Positions 57,417 through 64,000 of a stretch of DNA of 64,000 bases are shown one piece after another. The notes below the pieces were generated by a model that was not told the DNA's origin, searched no databases, and saw only the letters and a list, made by a program, of their open reading frames with translations. The DNA lies in NCBI GenBank assembly GCA_038063875.1, contig JBBTUH010000002.1, positions 78,451 through 142,450 on the forward strand. Reading direction: 5' to 3'. Each line of letters starts with the position of its first letter. Position 1 is the first letter of the stretch. The translations under genes were made by a program, and so were the position numbers. The stretch comes from Patescibacteria group bacterium (GTDB lineage Bacteria > Patescibacteriota > Microgenomatia > UBA10105 > UBA927).

Positions 57417-58294
57417 ACAAGTGTACCCCGTATCATAAACAAACTTCCTATAAGCATAGTCGCCAAAAATACGATATGCGCCACATTATGACCAGCCAGT
57501 CGCACGATACCCTTCTTGGAGACGACGTACGCGTCTATCGCCATGATTCCCATAAGAAGTCCCACAAATATAAATACTACTTCTCTTGATACGGATGCGA
57601 TATTTATAAGCGGCGCCTTATACACTGCAGTAAACACGGGAGCAACGAGTGGAATCGCCTCGGCTATCAACTCAACAGGTTTTGTCACTGGGGCTGCAGC
57701 TTGCACCTTGGGTATAGTACTCTGTCCGTTTGATGTCCCAAACATCTGAACCACAAGTGTCGTTTCCTCACCTTGTAGCACACCGTTTATTACGGCAAAC
57801 CCTACCTCACGATAGCCTGACTTTACGATATTCTCTCTATGCGTCGGAGAATTCATCCATGCCTCCATCACACCGCCACTTGTCTGAAAGTTTTTTGCTA
57901 AATTTTCGCCAGCTAAGGTGTATTTGTAGCCTGATCCTATAATGAAGTCCCATGGAGTTTTCCCATTCGGGCTATTATGCGCCCAATAATTATTCGCAAA
58001 CATATCAGCCGCTTTTGCGGCTGCAGCTTGCGAGAGGTTACCGTTTAGAGAAAGCGTAGAGAGTCCTGCTGCCTGTCGTTTCGCATTGGTATCGGCTAAT
58101 AACTGCTCTACTCGTATGTCTGTCGCGTAGCCTAATACGTCTGGCATTGTGCCGTGCATGACCCGAATGCCCAAATTAAACACCATAAATATGAGAGCGT
58201 ACGCAAATAACGCGTCGTGATGGAGAGCTTTTGACCGATGGTTATTCCCACTATGCGGAACGATGAAATGATAGAGAAGCTGAAACAATTTCAT
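57413..58294 (-). CDS. CAP/SCP/PR-1-like domain protein, membrane-anchored
   Basis: The core NNYWAHNSPNGKTPWDFI...GENLAKNF...WMNSPTHRENI matches CAP-domain signature blocks. It has an N-terminal transmembrane segment and a C-terminal hydrophobic segment. Confidence 0.6.
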   Translation of the reverse strand: MKLFQLLYHFIVPHSGNNHRSKALHHDALFAYALIFMVFNLGIRVMHGTMPDVLGYATDIRVEQLLADTNAKRQAAGLSTLSLNGNLSQAAAAKAADMFANNYWAHNSPNGKTPWDFIIGSGYKYTLAGENLAKNFQTSGGVMEAWMNSPTHRENIVKSGYREVGFAVINGVLQGEETTLVVQMFGTSNGQSTIPKVQAAAPVTKPVELIAEAIPLVAPVFTAVYKAPLINIASVSREVVFIFVGLLMGIMAIDAYVVSKKGIVRLAGHNVAHIVFLATMLIGSLFMIRGTLV

Positions 58295-58318
58295 AGGATT
58301 ACACTCTATCCATCATAC

Positions 58319-58675
58319 CTACTCTTTGAGAGGTTTATCAAGATAGGTTAGCGTACCGTACTGTGGATGGATGTTTTTCATGGCAGGCATCCCGTTTACC
58401 GATATGCCAAGAAGAAAACCTAATGCATTTGCGACAGTAAACCCCACCCGAAGACCAGTTATGGATCCTTCTTTGTTTACCACTCGTATGTCCGTGAGGT
58501 CAGCCCATGATAGATGATGTTCATACAGTATTTCAGTACAAAGCGGCAACAATCGCACGGATTTACGTAAACCTGTATCTTCATGCTTTGTATACTCTGT
58601 ACCTTGAATATGTAAGGAAACGCTTAGCATAGATGCGTTTGTCGTATCGAGGGTAAGGATTGTTGTAGGCTTCAT
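58319..58675 (-). CDS. tsaB: TsaB (YeaZ)-like protein, N-terminal domain only (118 aa)
   Basis: The segment ILTLDTTNASMLSVSL...GSITGLRVGFTVANALGFLLGISVNG parallels the TsaB N-lobe (LALDTST...GPGSFTGVRIG...A.GLA). It is about half the usual length. Confidence 0.55.
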   Translation of the reverse strand: MKPTTILTLDTTNASMLSVSLHIQGTEYTKHEDTGLRKSVRLLPLCTEILYEHHLSWADLTDIRVVNKEGSITGLRVGFTVANALGFLLGISVNGMPAMKNIHPQYGTLTYLDKPLKE

Positions 58676-59262
58676 GGTAAGACGACAGCACCCTGCCGGA
58701 TAATTGTGTATGGATCAGTAGTACAATCTACGACTGTTGAAGAACTATTACCAGAGCACTTTCCTTCCAAAACGAAATCAACAAGAGATATGAGATGTTT
58801 ATCTACATCACGCAGGGAAAATGGCGTCTTTTCCCCGTGAAAATTAGCGGATGGTCCGACAATCGGCGCCCCAACGCCTGCTATCATCGATAGCGCCTGT
58901 TCATGATTTGGCATCCGTACACCCACGGTATTTTTCCCACCACGAATGGGGGAGTATATACGATCCGTATCGCACGCGGCAACGATAGTGAGTCCACCGG
59001 GCCAATATGTTTTCATCAGATGTCGCACAATACTAGAAGGATGTACGAAATAGGGCAGTGCCATACCGTACGAATCCACAAGTACTGGCATAGCTTGTGT
59101 CAACGGTCGTTTACGAATATGGAAAAGCCGATCAACCGCCCTTTGATTATCTATCCTACATCCTATGCCGAACGCCGTATCCGTCGCAAATATAACGATA
59201 CCTCCATCGTTTAACACCTTTATAGCGTGTATGATTTTTGTGATATCAGTGTGCATTTTCAT
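58672..59262 (-). CDS. tsaC: L-threonylcarbamoyladenylate synthase (TsaC/YrdC/Sua5 family)
   Basis: The segments AIKVLNDGGIVIFATDTAFGIGC...GLTIVAAC...VGVRMPNH...APIVGPSANFHGEKTP form a YrdC-fold signature. Confidence 0.75.
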   Translation of the reverse strand: MKMHTDITKIIHAIKVLNDGGIVIFATDTAFGIGCRIDNQRAVDRLFHIRKRPLTQAMPVLVDSYGMALPYFVHPSSIVRHLMKTYWPGGLTIVAACDTDRIYSPIRGGKNTVGVRMPNHEQALSMIAGVGAPIVGPSANFHGEKTPFSLRDVDKHLISLVDFVLEGKCSGNSSSTVVDCTTDPYTIIRQGAVVLP

Positions 59263-59731
59263 ACCATGATTTCATTTCTATTGTACAGTCATGTTGGTCA
59301 TCAGCAAGCGTCTTCAAGGTCACTACAAGTACGGGGTGCTCTATGTTCATACTCCCTAACCGATCCGGCCACTCTATAACCGTCACCGAGCTTTCGTCAG
59401 CAAGCATTTCAGCGATCCCGACACCTTCCGCATCACTTGGTCCAAGTGTACGATACAGATCAAGATGGTAAAGAAAGCTATCAGGCGAAACTTTTGGTGT
59501 TCTGTAACGTCGTACAATAATAAACGTGGGGGAGAGAAGACGAGTAGTAACACCCATACCCCTTGCCAGACCGCGTACAAATGTAGTTTTTCCACTACCT
59601 AAATCGCCCACACACATGATCACATGAGGGATAGTGTCTATCACCTTTTCAAGATAGGAAGCCCCAAGCGCTGCACCAATTTTTTCAGTTTCTTGGGCGC
59701 TTTTGGTACGAACGTGTATAGGAAAATCCAT
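59246..59731 (-). CDS. tsaE: tRNA t6A biosynthesis ATPase TsaE (YjeE)
   Basis: It has the P-loop VIMCVGDLGSGKTTFVRGLARGMGV and the downstream segment SPTFIIVRRY...HLDLYRL-like (HLDLYRTLG), as in TsaE. Confidence 0.75.
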   Translation of the reverse strand: MDFPIHVRTKSAQETEKIGAALGASYLEKVIDTIPHVIMCVGDLGSGKTTFVRGLARGMGVTTRLLSPTFIIVRRYRTPKVSPDSFLYHLDLYRTLGPSDAEGVGIAEMLADESSVTVIEWPDRLGSMNIEHPVLVVTLKTLADDQHDCTIEMKSWYENAH

Positions 59732-60060
59732 AAAGAGACTGCTCCAATGCCATCAATTATAACATCACGGATCGTTCCTTGCCTTGTTGGCACAAACATC
59801 TGGTGAAACTCATCCGATGCGGCATAAAGAAATGTCAGAAGGAACGCAATAAAGAAATGCATGGGCTGTATCACAATGGTCAGGTTGATCGCGCGAACAT
59901 AGAGGACGAAAAGTATCCCATACTCGATAACATGCAGTGTTTTGAAAAAAAGAAAATTCCAAATATACTCGTCTGATACTGTGACGTGTTGTCTGGTAGA
60001 TAGTAGAAAAATCACACCCATCCACACCAACGCTGGTGCCCACGAAATAAAATATTTCAT
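59641..60060 (-). CDS. VanZ-like family membrane protein
   Basis: It is 139 aa with four transmembrane segments. The segment FHQMFVPTRQGTIRDVIIDGIGA parallels the VanZ-family conserved R..D..D.G block. Its 3' end overlaps the tsaE start by about 90 bp. Confidence 0.55.
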   Translation of the reverse strand: MKYFISWAPALVWMGVIFLLSTRQHVTVSDEYIWNFLFFKTLHVIEYGILFVLYVRAINLTIVIQPMHFFIAFLLTFLYAASDEFHQMFVPTRQGTIRDVIIDGIGAVSLWIFLYTFVPKAPKKLKKLVQRLGLPILKR

Positions 60061-60839
60061 ATATCTATCTTTGTAATCAGGCTAGCTATGGCAAAAAGTC
60101 CTATACCAGTACTGACAAACAACAGTGCAATGATCAAAGATTTTTTGTTCCCAACAGCACTATCACGCTCGCCTGACATACTCGCATCATCTATACCCAG
60201 TATAGCAGGAATAACTGGCTCGTCAGTACTGATTATTTCCTCGCTGATTTTTGTGGTAGGTGTAGATGAAACATAACGCGTGGGTGTTACTGTCAGTGTA
60301 AAAGTTGCAGTCGGAACAGATGTTGCCGACGGCGCTGGAGTTGGGGCTGACGTATTTGTAGGAGTTGGAGTCGGGGTGACAGGTGGTATACACGGATCAC
60401 CAGTGGCATTTAAACTCCCACTACTTGGACTCATACTTATCCAATTACCAGTGCCATCTGGCACTCTACCAAACGATACGCCATTACCAGCACTTTTGGA
60501 ATATGAATAAGTATCAATAACTGTGCTTCCTGATATAAGCTGTGCACTATCACTTGATGCAGTATTAAAATTAAAATTTCCACTTGTAAACGTAAGACAG
60601 TTGTTTGGTGGCAGAATGGTATTCTGCGCTATCGTGTATTTTGTACTAGGCGATCCATTATCATCAATAATCCATCCCGATATATCAACAGACGAAGCGC
60701 TTGTGTTGTAAAGCTCTACCCATTGAGAAGCTGAAGGCTCAACCTGAAATTCATTTAAAACTACGTCGGAAGCGATTATTAAAGAGGGAAAAACTAAAAA
60801 GTATAAAATTATGCACGCTGGCAGAAGCGCACTGATCAT
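60057..60839 (-). CDS. Lamin-tail-domain (LTD) surface protein with a Pro/Thr-rich linker and a C-terminal membrane anchor
   Basis: It has an N-terminal signal/transmembrane segment. The LTD-like block is VVLNEFQVEPSASQWVELYNTSASSVDISGWIIDDNGS. The low-complexity linker is PPVTPTPTPTNTSAPTPAPSATSVPTATFTLTVTPT. There is a C-terminal hydrophobic helix. Confidence 0.6.
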   Translation of the reverse strand: MISALLPACIILYFLVFPSLIIASDVVLNEFQVEPSASQWVELYNTSASSVDISGWIIDDNGSPSTKYTIAQNTILPPNNCLTFTSGNFNFNTASSDSAQLISGSTVIDTYSYSKSAGNGVSFGRVPDGTGNWISMSPSSGSLNATGDPCIPPVTPTPTPTNTSAPTPAPSATSVPTATFTLTVTPTRYVSSTPTTKISEEIISTDEPVIPAILGIDDASMSGERDSAVGNKKSLIIALLFVSTGIGLFAIASLITKIDI

Positions 60840-60845
60840 AGACAG

Positions 60846-61967
60846 TTATTGAACGTGTAAATATGAACTTATAATTCCATCATCATGTTTGATATATTTA
60901 ATCTTAATGATACTAGATCCGCACCCTTGTGACGAGGAGAATAATTCTCCATCAGCAGGCGCTCGGATAACTTCGCTTCCTGTAGAAACCATATCAAATC
61001 CTGTATGAATGCCACCTGAATATGAATATCGCCATGAATATGGTGTTTTACCAAAATGTTGCGTGAGGCGTATGATATCAACCAATGGCCAACTCCACGA
61101 TCCATCTCCGACGGTAAATGTACCGCCATTCTGCTCATCTTGTATTGTTTTATTTGACAACTTTGAACTTGGATCAATCCACGAACCATTTTTGGTAACC
61201 TCAAAGTGAAGATGTGCACCTGTTGAGCACGATGGGTAGCCAGTATTGCCAACAAGCGCTATAGGATCACCTTTTTTCACAGGACCAATGTTCACTCCCT
61301 CTTTCAGTGCTCGATCAAGTGCTTGTTTCTCAGCGAGCGCTTGCGCCAAAAGTCGCTGATACACCACTTCACTATTTTTTGTTTGATCCAAAAGCGCTTG
61401 CTTGGCTTGTTTCTGCTGAGCCAATTCACGTGCATGTTGTTCTTGCTGCTTTTTGAGCGCTGTCTGTTCGCTCTTTTTCTTTTCCCGTTGATCTTTACGT
61501 TCGTTATAACTAAATTGTGCAAGTTGTAGTTGTTTATACATCAACGTATCTTGTTCTCTCAAATGAGACAGATACACAGAACGCCTGATAATTTCAGAAA
61601 AATTACTACTAAAGATTACCTGTCCGAAATCAAATATACTCTTTCGTTTATATGTTTCCGGAATTCTATGAAGCACAAGCTGAAGGCGTTTGGTTTTTAA
61701 TGTTTCTAACCTATCTATCTCACCGTTTAATTCTGTGATCTCTATCTCTAGGATATCTATTTTCTTTTTGGCATCTTCAAGCTTTAATGTCGAGAGCGTA
61801 ATCTGCGAATTAAGAAGTGTGATCTGCTTAGTGAGACTACTGCCTGCATTTTGTAATTCAGAAATTTTTTGTTGAAGTTCTTCGATGGTCGAAGCGTATG
61901 CCACGGGAACAAAAAGCGATAGAAAAACTATGAGGAGGCTACCGAAAACGTACAATCGTATCTTCAT
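60846..61967 (-). CDS. M23/LytM-family peptidase with a long N-terminal coiled-coil (EnvC/PcsB-like)
   Basis: It has an N-terminal signal sequence and then heptad-rich coiled-coil of about 200 aa. The C-terminal M23 domain has an HxxxD motif (GGIHTGFDM) and an HxH motif (GAHLHFEV), both present. Confidence 0.75.
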   Translation of the reverse strand: MKIRLYVFGSLLIVFLSLFVPVAYASTIEELQQKISELQNAGSSLTKQITLLNSQITLSTLKLEDAKKKIDILEIEITELNGEIDRLETLKTKRLQLVLHRIPETYKRKSIFDFGQVIFSSNFSEIIRRSVYLSHLREQDTLMYKQLQLAQFSYNERKDQREKKKSEQTALKKQQEQHARELAQQKQAKQALLDQTKNSEVVYQRLLAQALAEKQALDRALKEGVNIGPVKKGDPIALVGNTGYPSCSTGAHLHFEVTKNGSWIDPSSKLSNKTIQDEQNGGTFTVGDGSWSWPLVDIIRLTQHFGKTPYSWRYSYSGGIHTGFDMVSTGSEVIRAPADGELFSSSQGCGSSIIKIKYIKHDDGIISSYLHVQ

Positions 61968-61986
61968 GCATGCGTGTAACTTTAAA

Positions 61987-62883
61987 TTAGTCTCGCAAGT
62001 ATCTTGCCAGAGCTATGACACTACCAAGACTTCCTATAATAAATCCGACGATCATATTAACGACTATGAAACCAAGACACGACAGAATAAATACAACACT
62101 CGTGCTACTGCCAAGGACAGATTGAATTGAGGGTATCACACCCAAAAATGTCACAATATTGTATCGCTGCCAGAGTATAAGGATGGTAACCAAAAACGAC
62201 GCAACACCCGCACCCATCACTCCATACAATCCACCCTCTAGGATAAATGGCGCACGTATCGTCCATGAAGTAGCTCCGACAAGCGTGAGTATTTCTATTT
62301 CTTCTCGCTTTAGTGCTATCTTCATGGCAATCACTGTGCCGATGATAAGGAGAGAATCAAGAACTAACAGTCCCCCCAATATCCCACCGATTAGTCGAAT
62401 TGCATTGGTCCACGAAAGGAGCGAATCCACGACATCACGCTGATATATCACTTCGTCCACGCCCGTAGCACCTACAATGACTGTATCTAACTCCGATAAA
62501 AATGTCGGATCTTTCGCTGAAACCTCCAGCGATGCAGGGAGTATATCCGCCGTCACCATCTCGAGAAGCAGTGGATCATTTTTATTTTGCTCTTTGTATG
62601 TGGCTAATGCTTCATCTTTGGAGATAAATTTCGTCGAGGCTACTTTACCCGTCTGATCTAGTGTTTCTTTAAGAAGCGTCGCCTCTTTCTCACCGGCGTT
62701 TTGGACAAAAAATACCGTAAGCTGTGGTTTACTTTCAAAATACGAAATAATGGTAAGAGACGCAACCGTCGCGAGGAAAAATACGCTACCCACCAGAAAG
62801 GTCAAAAACATCGTCAAAACCGCTGCCATAGCCTGATAGGGCGAACGTCGTATATGTGTGCGAACATCACGAATTAGTCTCAT
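61987..62883 (-). CDS. ftsX: Cell-division ABC transporter permease FtsX
   Basis: It has an N-terminal transmembrane segment, a large extracytoplasmic loop and three C-terminal transmembrane segments. It lies downstream of ftsE with an ATGA overlap. Confidence 0.75.
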   Translation of the reverse strand: MRLIRDVRTHIRRSPYQAMAAVLTMFLTFLVGSVFFLATVASLTIISYFESKPQLTVFFVQNAGEKEATLLKETLDQTGKVASTKFISKDEALATYKEQNKNDPLLLEMVTADILPASLEVSAKDPTFLSELDTVIVGATGVDEVIYQRDVVDSLLSWTNAIRLIGGILGGLLVLDSLLIIGTVIAMKIALKREEIEILTLVGATSWTIRAPFILEGGLYGVMGAGVASFLVTILILWQRYNIVTFLGVIPSIQSVLGSSTSVVFILSCLGFIVVNMIVGFIIGSLGSVIALARYLRD

Positions 62884-63602
62884 TTGCTGCCTCCCCCTTT
62901 GTGATCGTGTTTATCATGACGACCTACATGATACTTGCCTTTGGCCTCATCAGATATCAGCGCACCATGCTCCAGCGTGAGTGTACGCTTTCTCATTTTA
63001 TTCACCGCATCTTGGTTATGTGTCGCAATCAAGACAGTAGTACCTAACCCATGGATCTCATCTAAGATATCCCAAATTCCCGCAGCTGTTTCTGGATCGA
63101 GATTTCCCGTGGGCTCGTCTGCCAAAAGAATCTTCGGTCCTCCGACAATCGCGCGTGCGATGGCAGCGCGTTGCATCTCACCTGCTGACAATTGCATAGG
63201 GAAATGATTTCTTTTGTCAGCCAAACCTACCAATTCCAAAACATTCATCACACCGTGCTCTATCTCGCCATGCGCTTTGCCAAGTATTTCACTAACCAAC
63301 GCGACGTTTTCATACACTGTTCGGTCTGTGAGAAGCTTGAAGTCTTGAAAGACTATCCCAATTTTTCTCCTCAGCGTATAGACGGTGTTTGCGGTGAGTG
63401 AACCTACAGGGATATCATCAATCATGATATTCCCTTGAGTCGGTAACAAATCACGGATAAGAAGCCGTAGAAATGTCGTCTTGCCTGATCCAGAAGGACC
63501 GATGAGGAACACAAATTCACCATCCGGTATTTTCACGGATACATCAACTATCCCTGGAGCATTTCCAGGATATAACTTGGAGACAGAGAAGAATTCAATC
63601 AT
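62880..63602 (-). CDS. ftsE: Cell-division ABC transporter ATP-binding protein FtsE
   Basis: It has a Walker A motif in GPSGSGKTT, the ABC signature LSAGEMQRAAIARA and a Walker B motif in LLADEPTGNLD. It is 240 aa. Confidence 0.8.
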   Translation of the reverse strand: MIEFFSVSKLYPGNAPGIVDVSVKIPDGEFVFLIGPSGSGKTTFLRLLIRDLLPTQGNIMIDDIPVGSLTANTVYTLRRKIGIVFQDFKLLTDRTVYENVALVSEILGKAHGEIEHGVMNVLELVGLADKRNHFPMQLSAGEMQRAAIARAIVGGPKILLADEPTGNLDPETAAGIWDILDEIHGLGTTVLIATHNQDAVNKMRKRTLTLEHGALISDEAKGKYHVGRHDKHDHKGGGSK

Positions 63603-63967
63603 TGCGATAAGGTTTCGAGCCTACCAACATCCATAAGCCAAGATACCCTTTTGGCTTGCATCGTCTGACCACAAACTTTGACTTTCGTAGACACGTATTG
63701 ATCCATATCAACGATTGAGGAAATAAGATATGCCGTTTGTGATGGACCTCCCTCACGAATTAATTTATGGGTGCCTTCGCCGTTTAACCCTTCTTTCTCA
63801 AGTGTTCCTGTTGCACAATCTTTAAAGGTGGAGGGATCAGAAACACCCACAACAGTCGCAGTTTTTATCGCTGTCCCTGCTGGAACAAGTGGTGATCCTG
63901 CGCCATTTTTTGTTGACAACAAAAAGCCAGTGCCAACGCCTAACGCTGCCAATAATATATAAACCAC
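63599..63967 (-). CDS. Small membrane-anchored protein; the true start may lie beyond the window end
   Basis: There is an N-terminal hydrophobic helix, VYILLAALGVGTGFLLS. The reading frame stays open upstream to position 64000 (..NNRRRIIIVVY..). The start listed in the ORF track is a GTG. Confidence 0.4.
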   Translation of the reverse strand: MVYILLAALGVGTGFLLSTKNGAGSPLVPAGTAIKTATVVGVSDPSTFKDCATGTLEKEGLNGEGTHKLIREGGPSQTAYLISSIVDMDQYVSTKVKVCGQTMQAKRVSWLMDVGRLETLSQ

Positions 63968-64000
63968 TATTATTATTCTGCGTCGATTATTTAAAGAACC

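Noticed and set aside
1205-63962. Numerous short ORFs of 60-150 aa in the track that overlap long annotated genes on the opposite strand or in other frames (for example 1205..1564, 8419..8742, 16420..16746, 40821..41243, 53291..53977, 60280..60510)
   Set aside because: All are embedded in long ORFs that have strong family signatures. Their translations are low-complexity or Cys/His/Arg-rich, as expected for out-of-frame readings of AT-rich coding DNA. The ORF at 60280..60510 (GVGVGV...) is simply the antisense of the Pro/Thr-rich linker.
1-64000. A CRISPR array, transposase, integrase or phage genes
   Set aside because: I saw no regularly spaced direct repeats and no ORF with transposase, integrase or recombinase signatures in any frame. 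The window appears to be chromosomal envelope-biogenesis DNA.

Overview
This 64-kb window looks like part of a compact, low-GC bacterial genome. The gene packing and protein families are reminiscent of Candidate Phyla Radiation-type (CPR) genomes, but that is an inference, not a computed result. About 57 protein-coding genes fill the window with almost no intergenic space. All are on the minus strand except a four-gene plus-strand block at 23699..30959. Many neighbouring genes overlap by 4 bp (ATGA), which is a signature of translational coupling. I found no rRNA, tRNA, CRISPR array, transposase or integrase.

Most of the window (about 1..57150) is one very large cell-envelope glycosylation supercluster. 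It holds about 19 large polytopic membrane proteins of GT-C type, in four or five paralogous families:
- five PMT/GT39-like proteins carrying an N-terminal DE..GYNAYS loop motif;
- three ArnT/PMT_2-like proteins;
- five proteins resembling PF10131 (6-pyruvoyl-tetrahydropterin-synthase-related membrane proteins), with an HDG..H..R..FP.RW motif;
- three YfhO-family proteins;
- three smaller proteins sharing an ..HND.. motif.

The cluster also contains about eleven GT2 genes, several of which are short and resemble DPM1/GtrB-type polyprenyl-phosphate-sugar synthases, and one of which is fused to a GtrA domain. There are three GT4 genes, two Wzx/MOP-like flippases and one SAM-dependent methyltransferase. 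Nucleotide-sugar genes include rmlA, rmlB, an rmlD-like gene, ugd and a Gmd/Rmd-like gene. At the left edge sit a partial DegT-family sugar 3-dehydratase-like gene (catalytic Lys replaced by His, as in ColD/E1) and an SDR reductase.

A PaaX-like regulator gene embedded in the cluster is flanked by two copies of a palindrome of about 40 bp. The right end of the window carries housekeeping and envelope genes: tsaE, tsaC, a short tsaB, a VanZ-like gene, a lamin-tail-domain protein with a Pro/Thr-rich linker, a coiled-coil M23 peptidase, and ftsX-ftsE.

The most notable feature is the scale and tandem organisation of the GT-C array, combined with multiple genes for making lipid-linked monosaccharide donors. 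This argues for a massively diversified extracytoplasmic glycosylation system. All family calls rest on motifs I read directly in the translations and should be confirmed with HMM searches.
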